From an uncultured delta proteobacterium (GTDB lineage: Bacteria; Desulfobacterota; Syntrophobacteria; BM002), in the NCBI GenBank assembly GCA_963712115.1, contig CAVQGX010000031.1, positions 96,001 to 160,000 of the forward strand: DNA of 64,000 nucleotides, in the 5' to 3' direction. The notes under the pieces were generated by a model. The model worked only from the letters and a program-made list of their open reading frames with translations, was not told the origin of the DNA and ran no database searches. Positions 11,481 through 20,803 of this stretch are shown here, piece after piece. The translations under genes were made by a program, and so were the position numbers. How positions within the stretch are numbered: position 1 is the stretch's first letter; every line of letters begins with the position of its first letter.

Positions 11481-12083
11481 ATGAAGAGATCTCAAGACGA
11501 CATTAGTCTGGAGGTGAAAGCTCTCAAAATCGGCAGCAAAGTGAGAGAATTGCGGCAAAAAAAACATTACACCCTTCAGGATGTTGCTGCCAAAACAGGT
11601 TTGTCCAAACCATTCCTCTCACAGATAGAGAATGATCATGTGGTGCCTCCCGTGGCTACCCTACTCAAACTGGCAAGAGCCTTCGACATCGGTTTGGCTT
11701 ACTTTTTCCAGGACGAAGTAGGAATCGACAGGATTGCCATCACCCGGCGCGATGAAAGGGTTAGAGTAGAGAGAAGGCCTCACCACCGCAAGGGTGAAGT
11801 GAATTATATATACGAGGCCCTCGACACCAAGAAGACTAATAAGCACATGGAGCCCTTCCTGGTTGAATTCCCCGTCCAGGACACCAGTGAAATGATTTTC
11901 ATGAACCACGAGGGAGAGGAATTCTTGCACGTTCTCGAGGGTACCCTGGAGTTTCGCAGTATTGATCGGGTGGAAATTCTAGGGCCGGGAGACAGCATCT
12001 ATTTCGAATCAGAGCTTAGTCACAGCTTCCGTTGCCTCGGGGAAAAACCAGCGAGAGCAATCGTAGTCGTCTGGAGTGGTTGA
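11481..12083 (+). CDS. XRE-family transcriptional regulator with cupin domain
   Basis: HTH TLQDVAAKTGLSKPFLSQIEN; cupin HEGEEFLHVLEG, GDSIYF. Confidence 0.92.
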   Translation: MKRSQDDISLEVKALKIGSKVRELRQKKHYTLQDVAAKTGLSKPFLSQIENDHVVPPVATLLKLARAFDIGLAYFFQDEVGIDRIAITRRDERVRVERRPHHRKGEVNYIYEALDTKKTNKHMEPFLVEFPVQDTSEMIFMNHEGEEFLHVLEGTLEFRSIDRVEILGPGDSIYFESELSHSFRCLGEKPARAIVVVWSG

Positions 12084-12111
12084 TCTTGACCATTAGCAGC
12101 CATTCATTATC

Positions 12112-12127
12112 CGGTATGTCTTTTGCA
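12112..12127 (+). promoter_or_regulatory. Putative sigma54 -24/-12 promoter of the oxidoreductase operon
   Basis: CGGTAT-GTCTT-TTGCA, 80 bp upstream of gamma subunit. Confidence 0.5.
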
Positions 12128-12206
12128 CTTCTCATGGACCGACTTTGTCTTTTAGCTTTCATTTTGCTGCTCTCTGTGCTACTGCGGGAGGGAGGACGAA
12201 GCAAGC

Positions 12207-12800
12207 ATGGTGGAGATCCGCTTCCACGGACGAGGTGGCCAGGGTACCGTGGTGGCCACCATTCTGCTGGCAAAGGCCTTTTTCCGGGATGGCTACTACG
12301 TGCAGAGCTTTCCTCTCTTTGGGGTTGAGCGTAGAGGAGCTCCGGTAGAGGCTTATTTGCGACTCGACCGCAAAGAGATCCTTATAAGAACCAATGTTTA
12401 CACGCCCGACCATGTTGTCGTCCTTGATAAAACTCTTCTGGAATCCATTGACGTCACCTTCGGCCTCAAAACAGGGGGCTGGATTCTAGTCAATGCACCC
12501 GAACTTCCTACCCACCTGAACTCATGGCCTGGCTACAAACTCGCCCTTGTCGATGCCACTCACATTGCCCTCAATAATGGCTTAGGGACTCGCACACATC
12601 CTATTGTCAATACCCCCATGTTGGGAGGACTTGCCCGGGTTTTGGGCATGCCAAGCATGGAAGCCATCTCCAAAGCAATCCAAAGAGAGGTGCCGAGCAA
12701 GCCAAAAGCAAACATAAGGGCAGCGGAGATGGCCTATGAGCAAGTTAGGGTGTTGGAGTCTGTTGAGGAGAACGCACAAATTGAGGAATTTAGGGATTAA
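12207..12800 (+). CDS. 2-oxoacid:acceptor oxidoreductase gamma subunit
   Basis: EIRFHGRGGQG, FGVERRGAPV. Confidence 0.92.
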   Translation: MVEIRFHGRGGQGTVVATILLAKAFFRDGYYVQSFPLFGVERRGAPVEAYLRLDRKEILIRTNVYTPDHVVVLDKTLLESIDVTFGLKTGGWILVNAPELPTHLNSWPGYKLALVDATHIALNNGLGTRTHPIVNTPMLGGLARVLGMPSMEAISKAIQREVPSKPKANIRAAEMAYEQVRVLESVEENAQIEEFRD

Positions 12801-12899
12801 GGGATTAATCAATATAGCTATAGGGGAATTGTGAGACCTAATTCCTCAATCCCTCAATTCCAGAATTCCTCAATTTAATTGAAACGAGAATAGAAACAC

Positions 12900-14657
12900 A
12901 TGGCCTCACAAAAACCATTGAGCAATCGCTCTCCTCTGATCATTCCTTGTTCATATCTCACCACGGAGGGCAACAATACGGGCTCGTGGCGTTTTCTCAG
13001 GCCCAAGTATGAGGAGAAAACCGCCCCTTGCAGCGCTGCCTGCCCTAGTGGCGAGGATATAGCCCGCATTCAAATGTTAAGCGGACAAGGATCTTTTAAG
13101 GAGGCGTGGGAGACAATCTTAGTGGAAAACCCCTTCCCTGGCGTATGTGGGCGTGTTTGTTACCACCCTTGTGAGCTCCAATGCAACCGCCGGGAGTTCG
13201 ATGAACCTGTTGCCATTCACACCATAGAACGTTTTCTTGCAGACACCGCAAGTCGCTATGAACTCAAGTTTGGGCTGGATAAACTGCCGGCTAAAAAGCA
13301 AAAAGTGGCTGTAATAGGCTCAGGACCCAGTGGCTTGGCCGCTGCCTATTTTCTGGCACTCTTGGGATATCAGTCTGATGTCTTCGAAGCCCTGCCGGAG
13401 CCTGGTGGTGTCCTCCGATGGGGTATCCCACTCTATCGATTACCTCCCGCCATTCTCAATGAAGAGATATTTCGGCTCCAGGATTTCGGTGTTCGCCTTC
13501 ACTGCGGCAAGCCCACCTCTCGCAAGTTCCTCAAGGAAGCAAAAAATAACTACGACGCTATATTCCTCGGTTGTGGCCATTCCCAGACCATCCCCCTTTC
13601 AATTCCAGGCGAAGATCTGCCTGGGGTGGAAAAGGGTCTCAACTTTCTTAAGAAAATACGGAGGGGTGATATCCCCTCTCTTCGGGGAACAGCGGCAGTC
13701 ATTGGCGGCGGTAACACGGCCATAGACACGGCCCGCTCTGCGGCCCGCTTGGGTGCCAAGGTTATTCTCATATATCGCCGCAGGCAACAAGACATGCCTG
13801 CCTTCGCAGAAGAAGTGGAGATGGCTTTAGAAGAGGGTATTGAAATTCGGGAACTTGAAACTCCCGTAGAGATAGAATCGCAAAAGGGAGATCTAGTGGT
13901 AACCTTACAAGAGATGCGGGTGACGCAAGAGGATCTTCAGGGAAAAGCTCGGATCAAGCCCGCGGGCAGGAAAAGGAAAAAGATTCTTGTCCAACACCTG
14001 TTTATTTCGGTGGGCAATTCAGCTGCCGAGGATTGGTACGATCTCCCCAGTAAGAGAAGGGGCGTGACCAGGTTTAACAATTGTGTCCTGGTGCATAGGA
14101 GTGGGGAACCCGTCCTGGTTTACGGGGGCGATTTGGTTGCGAGCATCAAAAGCGTTGTCCACGCTGTCGCCTCCGGCAAAGAGGCTGCCATGGCCCTAGA
14201 CGTCCTTTTCAAAGAAGGGTTGGAGGCAATAGCAAGCAAGCTCAAATCCTGCCTGGTGGGTGACGGACCATCCCTTTCAATGGAAATCTATCTGGGAGGG
14301 CCCCGAAAGAAGCGCAACCACAGCATCGTCTCTTACGAGAACCTCAATACGGATTATTTTCGCTTTGCCCCTACCATTAGTCAACCCCGTCTATTGCGTG
14401 AAGAGCGCCTCCAGTCCTTTGCCGAAATCAATCTCAAGATCGGTGCCAGCCTTGCCATGCGCGAGGCTGAGCGCTGTTTCAACTGTGGTCTCTGCAACCA
14501 GTGCGATAACTGTCAACTTTTTTGCCCAGAAATCGCGGTCATTCGGGACCACAACCCCGAAGGTCGTCACATCAACTATGACTACTGCAAGGGTTGTGGA
14601 CTTTGCGTAGTTGAATGTCCACGCAATGCTATGGTGTTGGAGGAGGAACGGTTATGA
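12900..14657 (+). CDS. GltD-like FAD/NAD(P) oxidoreductase fused to delta-type 2[4Fe-4S] ferredoxin domain
   Basis: TGSWRFLRP delta N-terminus, PCSAACP, CGRVCYHPCE, GSGPSG, GGGNTAID, EAERCFNCGLC, YDYCKGCGLCVVECP. Confidence 0.88.
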   Translation: MASQKPLSNRSPLIIPCSYLTTEGNNTGSWRFLRPKYEEKTAPCSAACPSGEDIARIQMLSGQGSFKEAWETILVENPFPGVCGRVCYHPCELQCNRREFDEPVAIHTIERFLADTASRYELKFGLDKLPAKKQKVAVIGSGPSGLAAAYFLALLGYQSDVFEALPEPGGVLRWGIPLYRLPPAILNEEIFRLQDFGVRLHCGKPTSRKFLKEAKNNYDAIFLGCGHSQTIPLSIPGEDLPGVEKGLNFLKKIRRGDIPSLRGTAAVIGGGNTAIDTARSAARLGAKVILIYRRRQQDMPAFAEEVEMALEEGIEIRELETPVEIESQKGDLVVTLQEMRVTQEDLQGKARIKPAGRKRKKILVQHLFISVGNSAAEDWYDLPSKRRGVTRFNNCVLVHRSGEPVLVYGGDLVASIKSVVHAVASGKEAAMALDVLFKEGLEAIASKLKSCLVGDGPSLSMEIYLGGPRKKRNHSIVSYENLNTDYFRFAPTISQPRLLREERLQSFAEINLKIGASLAMREAERCFNCGLCNQCDNCQLFCPEIAVIRDHNPEGRHINYDYCKGCGLCVVECPRNAMVLEEERL

Positions 14658-15832
14658 AACAGGTCATAGAAGGAAGTCATGCTGTGGCAGAGGCTGTGAG
14701 GTTGGCCAGGACTCAGGTGATTTCCGCCTACCCTATAACCCCCCAAACCCACATCGTGGAGCGTTTGTCGGAATACTGCGCCGACTCCACTCTGGCCGCC
14801 AGGTTCCTGCGGGTGGAGAGTGAGCATTCAGCCCTGGCTGCCTTGATTGGTGCCGCCACCTGTGGAGTAAGGACCTTTACCGCCACCTCGTCGCAGGGAC
14901 TTGCCCTGATGCACGAGCTTCTCCACTGGGCCTCAGGAGCCAGACTGCCAATTGTCATGGCCAATGTAAACCGGGCTATGGCTCCTGGTTGGAATATTTG
15001 GGCCGATCAGACCGACAGTTTAGCGCAGCGCGACACCGGCTGGATCCAGCTTTACTGTGAACACAATCAAGAGGTGTTGGACACCACCATTCAGGCTTTC
15101 CGTCTGGCCGAGTGGCTGAACTTGCCGGTAATGGTAAATCTGGACGCCTTTTTCCTTTCCCATACCTATGAACCTGTTGACCTGCCAAAGCAGAGCGTTG
15201 TCGACCGCTTTTTGCCACCCTACCAGCCCAGATTTCAGCTTGATACTAAAGACCCTTGTGCTTTCAATCAATTGGCCCCACCTAATGTCTATATGGAAAT
15301 GCGCCACAACATTCAGAACGCCATGGATGACGGACTAACATACTTTGACCAAATGGAAGACGAGTTCGAGGACATTTTCGGCCGACGTTACGGCCCGCTT
15401 GAGGCGGTTCAATGTGAAGATGCCGAGGTCATTATGGTTACATCCGGGACAGTTAGCAGTACCAGCCGGCAGGTACTGGCCGAACTTCGGAAGAAGGATG
15501 AAAAGGTAGGGCTTTTAAAAATCAAACTCTTCCGCCCTTTCCCCTTGAAGGCAATCAGAGAACTCACCGCGTCCGCCAAAAAGATTGCCGTTATTGATAG
15601 AAATTTTTCTTTCGGTGCCAGCGGGATCTTTGCCCAGGAAATAAGGGCAGCCCTCTGCAACCATCCGGGCCACCCCTTGGTTTTTGGTTACGTTGCCGGG
15701 TTAGGTGGCCGTGACGTCACTACTGCAGTGATAGAAGAGATCTATTGGCTCACCAAAGGCAATGACATACCACAACAAGAATCTATTTGGGTGGGACTCC
15801 ACGAGGTGGATCATGCAGTTGGACAATCTTGA
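14654..15832 (+). CDS. 2-oxoacid:acceptor oxidoreductase alpha subunit
   Basis: AYPITPQT, ESEHSA, TATSSQGL, GLGGRD; start set at ATG with GGAGG RBS. Confidence 0.92.
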   Translation: MKQVIEGSHAVAEAVRLARTQVISAYPITPQTHIVERLSEYCADSTLAARFLRVESEHSALAALIGAATCGVRTFTATSSQGLALMHELLHWASGARLPIVMANVNRAMAPGWNIWADQTDSLAQRDTGWIQLYCEHNQEVLDTTIQAFRLAEWLNLPVMVNLDAFFLSHTYEPVDLPKQSVVDRFLPPYQPRFQLDTKDPCAFNQLAPPNVYMEMRHNIQNAMDDGLTYFDQMEDEFEDIFGRRYGPLEAVQCEDAEVIMVTSGTVSSTSRQVLAELRKKDEKVGLLKIKLFRPFPLKAIRELTASAKKIAVIDRNFSFGASGIFAQEIRAALCNHPGHPLVFGYVAGLGGRDVTTAVIEEIYWLTKGNDIPQQESIWVGLHEVDHAVGQS

Positions 15833-16703
15833 GCGTGACTACATGTTTCCGGGCCATGTGGGCTGCCCCGGGTGCGGTGCCGCCATTGCCATGCGTTTCG
15901 TTCTCAAAGCACTAGGCGAAAAGACTATTATGATCATCCCTGCCTGCTGCTGGTCTATTATTGCCGGTCCCTATCCCCAGTCGACTCTAAAAATACCCGT
16001 GCTTCATACTGCCTTTGAAACTGGCGGTGCCGCTGCCAGCGGGGTGCGGGCGGCGCTGGACGTTAAAGGAGATAGTGAAACTACGGTGGTGACCTGGGCT
16101 GGTGATGGAGGCACTTTTGACATCGGATTCCAGGCTTTGAGCGGCGCCGTAGAACGTAACGAGAATTTCATCTACGTCTGCTATGACAATGAAGCTTATA
16201 TGAACACAGGTGTGCAGCGGAGCTCTTCTACTCCTTACGGTGCCTGGACAACCACCACTCCCGGGCAGCAGTGGAAAAGATTGCGGAAGAAAAACATCGT
16301 CGAGGCCCTGGTAGCACACCGGATTACCTACGCCGCCACTGCCAGCATTGCCTACCCCGAGGACCTGATACGCAAGGTCACAAAGGCCAAATCCATTACA
16401 GGTGCCAGATTTCTCCATATTTTCTCCAGCTGCCCTACTGGTTGGGGGATTCCCTCGGAGATGTCAATCAAGATTGCCAGAATGGCGGTTCAGACCAATA
16501 TTTTCCCCCTATATGAGGTGGAAGAGGGTACCAGATACACTATTAATTTCACCCCCAAAGGCTATCTGGTGCACGAGTACTTCCGCCTCCAAGGGAGATT
16601 CAAACATCTAAGGGAGAAAGATCTTGCCCAAATCCAGGAGATGGTCGACGAGGACTGGAATTTGCTCCTTCGCAAAGCCGGGGGTGTTCCAGAAATTTCC
16701 TGA
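15813..16703 (+). CDS. 2-oxoacid:acceptor oxidoreductase beta (TPP-binding) subunit
   Basis: GHVGCPGCG, GDGGTFDIG...YDNEAYMNTG, CPTGW. Confidence 0.92.
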   Translation: MQLDNLERDYMFPGHVGCPGCGAAIAMRFVLKALGEKTIMIIPACCWSIIAGPYPQSTLKIPVLHTAFETGGAAASGVRAALDVKGDSETTVVTWAGDGGTFDIGFQALSGAVERNENFIYVCYDNEAYMNTGVQRSSSTPYGAWTTTTPGQQWKRLRKKNIVEALVAHRITYAATASIAYPEDLIRKVTKAKSITGARFLHIFSSCPTGWGIPSEMSIKIARMAVQTNIFPLYEVEEGTRYTINFTPKGYLVHEYFRLQGRFKHLREKDLAQIQEMVDEDWNLLLRKAGGVPEIS

Positions 16704-16740
16704 CAGAAAAAAATCTCTGGGACAACAAGCTAGCACGTCC

Positions 16741-16767
16741 GTCATTCCCGCGCAGGCGGGAATCCAG
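16741..16767. repeat. REP-like palindrome
   Basis: GTCATTCCCGCGCAGGCGGGAATCCAG just after operon end. Confidence 0.75.
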
Positions 16768-16891
16768 GCGGGTGCTTAATTTGAATGATCATTGAAGTGG
16801 CCGTAGGCGATTGAGCTTGCTACATGTTATTGAGCAAGTTAATATCAGTCATGAGATTTCCATTATATTGAGACTTAATAGGAATAGAGAA

Positions 16892-17356
16892 ATGAAGCTG
16901 GCTCCCTTCCTTCGTGTTTTTTTTGTGCTTCTTTTCGTCGTCGCGCTAGCAATACCCGCTCGGGCGGGAGAAGACCTTCTACACGGACCATGGGATAGTC
17001 CCAGTTACAGAGCGCTGGTGCAAAAGGAGACGGAAATTAGAAGAAACACCTCCATGTCGTCACCTTTTTTTATCTCTCTTCTTAATTTTTTTTCGAAAGT
17101 AATCTCCCCTGTTGATGGTGATCGCTGTCCTAGTTATCCCACTTGCGCCGCTTACAGCAAGGAAGCCTACCAGAAGCACGGCGCTCTCGTCGGCACCCTC
17201 ATGACAGTGGACCGACTCTTTCACGAGGCTGACGAACCCAGGTTCTCCCCAACCGTCGAGGTCCACGGTGTAGGACGCATCTATGATCCAGTCTCAGCTA
17301 ATGAGCTTTGGAAGCGAGAGGACAAGAGCCGGGCTGAGGCAAGATCTGCCAAGTAG
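16892..17356 (+). CDS. YidD-like (membrane protein insertion efficiency factor domain) protein with signal peptide
   Basis: ISPVDGDRCPSYPTCAAYSKEAYQKHG...DRL; N-terminal hydrophobic segment ending ARA. Confidence 0.75.
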   Translation: MKLAPFLRVFFVLLFVVALAIPARAGEDLLHGPWDSPSYRALVQKETEIRRNTSMSSPFFISLLNFFSKVISPVDGDRCPSYPTCAAYSKEAYQKHGALVGTLMTVDRLFHEADEPRFSPTVEVHGVGRIYDPVSANELWKREDKSRAEARSAK

Positions 17357-17651
17357 TTCCCAACTTTCCGCAGTTTTGCCAGGCGCCAAGCAGTGTCGTG
17401 GGCATAGAGCATGGAGCATAGTGTCCAAATTTCGAAATTAAGAATCCGCAATCTTCAATCCCAAATCCGCAATCCGAAACTAAAGAATTCAGTAGTCCGT
17501 GGTCATTAGCCAGTAGTTGAGAAAAACTCAATTTTGATTGCCTTTCTCCTGAATTCTGGATTCTGACTTCTGGCTCCTTACGCTCTGCGCTTTGCGCTAT
17601 GCGAACTCGGTGCCTAGTGCCTGGTGTTTAGTGCTTAGTGATTTGACTCTG

Positions 17652-17668
17652 ATGCAATTAAGTTGCAT
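17652..17668. promoter_or_regulatory. Zur-type operator upstream of znuA
   Basis: ATGCAAT-TAA-GTTGCAT dyad upstream of a znuACB-zur operon; resembles ATGCAAC-N3-GTTGCAT predicted for deltaproteobacterial Zur. Confidence 0.75.
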
Positions 17669-17715
17669 AATGTGAAGTAACTAAGCTGGCTCTGACCGAA
17701 AAAAAGTAACTGTTT

Positions 17716-18622
17716 TTGACTATAGGCAAACAAGGTGCTAGCGCTGTGAACAAGGTGTTTTTCACCGGATTCCTGCTCATACTTATTTGCTTTGCACCAG
17801 AGGCTCCAGCTCGTCCTCTCAGCGTCTTTGTGAGCATTTTGCCCCAGAAGTACTTCGTGGAGAAGATCGGCGGCGACCTTGTTGATGTCGCCGTAATGGT
17901 CGAGCCGGGAGCCAGCCCCCATACCTACGAACCAAAACCCAAGCAAATGGTGGCCCTAGCAAAGTACTAATATCTATTTCGCCATTGGCGTGCCCTTTGA
18001 GACAACCTGGCTCGAAAAGATTGCCGCCACAAATCCCAACATGCTCGTTGTGCACACGGAAGCTGACATCAAGAAAATACCTATGAAGGGACATCATCAT
18101 GAAGGACCGGAATTAGAACAGGATCAATATGTTATCAAGGATCCGCACGTGTGGCTCTCGCCTCCTCTGGTCATGATACAGGCAAGGAACATTCTTCAGG
18201 CTCTTCTAAAAGTTGATCCTGCTCATGGATCCGTGTATGAAGAAAACCATAATAGTTTTATGAAAGAACTTCAGGTGCTCGATGCAGAAATTCGAGCAGC
18301 ATTTGAGGGGAAGGGCAAGGACGTCGAGTTTATGGTTTTTCACCCTGCCTGGGGCTACTTTGCTCAAGCCTATGGAATTGAGCAAGTTCCCATTGAAATT
18401 GAAGGAAAACAACCCAAGGCGGAAGAAATGCAGTACCTCATTCAATACGCTAAAGAACGGGGTATAAAGGTAATCTTCGCCCAGCCTCAATTTTCATGGC
18501 AGGTAGCCCAAGCGATTGCAAAATCAATAGACGGCCAGATCGTTTTTGTAGACCCTCTGGCTGCTGAGTGGGATAGGAATCTGCGCCAAGTGGCCTCCAG
18601 GTTTAAATCCACTCTCAAGTGA
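17716..18622 (+). pseudogene. znuA: Zinc ABC transporter substrate-binding protein, one frameshift near 17965 (possibly sequencing error)
   Basis: SILPQKYFV, PHTYEP, DPHVWLSP, HPAWGYF; removing one T in GCAAAG-T-ACTAAT restores ALAKTNIYFAIGVPFE. Confidence 0.85.
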
Positions 18623-18630
18623 GGTGTCAG

Positions 18631-19398
18631 ATGAGAGATGCCATTATAGAGATTATAGATCTCTGGTTTTCTTTCAACTCCCTCCCGGTTCTCAAGGAAG
18701 TGAACCTTACGGTTCACAGAGGGGATTTCATCGCTCTGTTAGGGCCTAACGGGGGGGGCAAGACTACACTGCTCAAACTGATGCTTGGTCTGTTGAGGCC
18801 GGATCGTGGCAGCATTAAAGTTTTTAATGAGCCAGCGGGTAAATCCACCCACCGCATTGGTTACATGCCGCAGCATCTCCATTTTAATCAGAGTTTTCCT
18901 ATATCGGTGCTTGATGTTGTCCTCATGGGTAAGCTTCGGCCCGGCAAAGGATGGTCTCGTTATTCCCATAAAGATAAGCTTGCCGCCCAAAAGGCAATGG
19001 AACAGATGGAGATGTGGGAGTTTCGCAATCGCCGTGTAGGGGAGCTTTCGGGAGGTCAACAACAGAGAGTCTTCATTGCCAGAGCCCTGGTGGATGAACC
19101 GGAGGTGCTCTTCTTGGACGAACCTACAGCCAGCGTAGATACCAAGCACCAAACCGATCTTTTCGACATTCTCAAGGAACTCAATAAGACTGTCACCATT
19201 ATTGTGGTCAGTCATGATGTGGGGATCGTCTCCAGTCACGTAAAATCAGTCGCCTGTGTAAATCAGCAGGTCTTCCACCACGACGATTCCGAGATCACTC
19301 AAGAGATGGTGGAGATGGCCTATCAATGTTGTCCGGTGGATCTGGTTGCCCACGGCATGCCCCACAGAGTTTTGCAGGAGCACGAGGACAATGATTGA
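18631..19398 (+). CDS. znuC: Zinc ABC transporter ATP-binding protein
   Basis: GPNGGGKT, LSGGQQQR, LDEPTASVD, His/Cys tail. Confidence 0.9.
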   Translation: MRDAIIEIIDLWFSFNSLPVLKEVNLTVHRGDFIALLGPNGGGKTTLLKLMLGLLRPDRGSIKVFNEPAGKSTHRIGYMPQHLHFNQSFPISVLDVVLMGKLRPGKGWSRYSHKDKLAAQKAMEQMEMWEFRNRRVGELSGGQQQRVFIARALVDEPEVLFLDEPTASVDTKHQTDLFDILKELNKTVTIIVVSHDVGIVSSHVKSVACVNQQVFHHDDSEITQEMVEMAYQCCPVDLVAHGMPHRVLQEHEDND

Positions 19399-19451
19399 AG
19401 ATTTTAGATTGCGGATTTCGGATTTGAAAAATAGAACTTAGGACTTGAAAA

Positions 19452-20279
19452 ATGCTCGAAGCACTCCAGTTTGAATTTATGAGAAATGCTCTTTTGGCCG
19501 GCCTCCTAACAAGCGTCGCTTGTGGGGTGATCGGTACCTTCGTGGTAGTAAACCGCATTGTCTTTCTCTCCGGAGGCATTGCCCATGCTGCTTATGGCGG
19601 AATCGGCCTCGCCTTTTTCTTTGGCCTCCCTTTCGTAGTTGGAACCCTGGGCTTCGCCCTCTTGGTAGCAATGGTGATGGCAGCGGTAACCCTTAAAGCG
19701 AGACATCGCTCTGATACCATCATTGGGGTACTCTGGGCGGTAGGGATGGCTCTTGGGGTAATTCTTCTCGATCTCTCCCCTGGCTATAATGTTGACCTTA
19801 TGAGCTTTCTTTTTGGCAGCATACTGGCTGTTCCCACATCCGATCTCTGGCTCATGCTCGTTTTGAACATTCTGATCCTCTTAACTGTGGCCTATTTCTA
19901 CAATGATTTTCTTGCACTTTCTTATGATGAGGAGTTTGCTAAGGTTAGAGGAGTCCGGGTAAAGCTCCTTTATTTCATTCTCCTGGCCATGGTAGCTCTT
20001 TCTGTTGTCATGATTATTCGGATTGTCGGCCTAATCCTGGTCATCGCCTTGTTGACCATTCCGCCGTATATCGCGGAGAAGTACTCAGGTTCTCTGCGAG
20101 CCATGATGTTTCTCTCCTTCCTTCTGAGCTGCTTTTTTACCATGGTAGGGCTTTGGGTCTCTTACGTCTTCAATCTTACTTCAGGTGCCACTATCATAAT
20201 GGTGGCAGGGGTGTGTTTCTTTATTTCGCTGTTTTTTGAACTACTGAGATCACGAAGACCGTTCTCGAGTGGGAACTGA
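19452..20279 (+). CDS. znuB: Zinc ABC transporter permease
   Basis: GGIAHAAYGG, LFGSIL, VGLILVIALL. Confidence 0.9.
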   Translation: MLEALQFEFMRNALLAGLLTSVACGVIGTFVVVNRIVFLSGGIAHAAYGGIGLAFFFGLPFVVGTLGFALLVAMVMAAVTLKARHRSDTIIGVLWAVGMALGVILLDLSPGYNVDLMSFLFGSILAVPTSDLWLMLVLNILILLTVAYFYNDFLALSYDEEFAKVRGVRVKLLYFILLAMVALSVVMIIRIVGLILVIALLTIPPYIAEKYSGSLRAMMFLSFLLSCFFTMVGLWVSYVFNLTSGATIIMVAGVCFFISLFFELLRSRRPFSSGN

Positions 20280-20294
20280 AAGGGGAAATTTCAT

Positions 20295-20726
20295 ATGTGC
20301 CATCGATGTGATTATGAGCTTCTTCTTGAAGATAGCGGTTTGGGAAGGACGATTAATCGACTCCGTGCGCTGGAAATCATTGGAGAAGGGTCTCATCCCC
20401 TGAGTGCCCAGGAAATTATTGAGATACTGAACAAGACCCAAGAGGTTAACCGGGTAACAGTCTACCGCATCCTGGAGCTTTTGGTGGAAAATAAGTTGGT
20501 TGAGCGCATTAGCGCCGGCGATCGCTCATTCCGTTACGGTCTCGCTCCAAACGCCAATCATCAGCCGCACTCGCATTTTTATTGCGTCGAGTGCGGTGAA
20601 ATGGAATGCCTCAGTCCTGACCAGATAAACCTGGACACCCAGCCCCTCAAGCGTTCTTTTCTGGGGTTAATCGAAAGAGTCGAAGTCCGTTTTGACGGTA
20701 TTTGCGAGGGTTGTCGAAGGCAATAA
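20295..20726 (+). CDS. zur: Fur-family zinc uptake regulator
   Basis: VTVYRIL, HSHFYCVECG, GICEGC; last gene of znu operon. Confidence 0.82.
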   Translation: MCHRCDYELLLEDSGLGRTINRLRALEIIGEGSHPLSAQEIIEILNKTQEVNRVTVYRILELLVENKLVERISAGDRSFRYGLAPNANHQPHSHFYCVECGEMECLSPDQINLDTQPLKRSFLGLIERVEVRFDGICEGCRRQ

Positions 20727-20803
20727 AGTTGCAGACAATCTGCAACTAAGTTGCTTATGCGGACAAAGGGATTTTGATGGAATTCTTATACACCTAGGCC
20801 GTC

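Noticed and set aside
17960-17975. Programmed frameshift or phase variation in znuA (also gnd, cyclase)
   Set aside because: No slippery heptamer or long homopolymer; the pattern of isolated +1 insertions fits read error.
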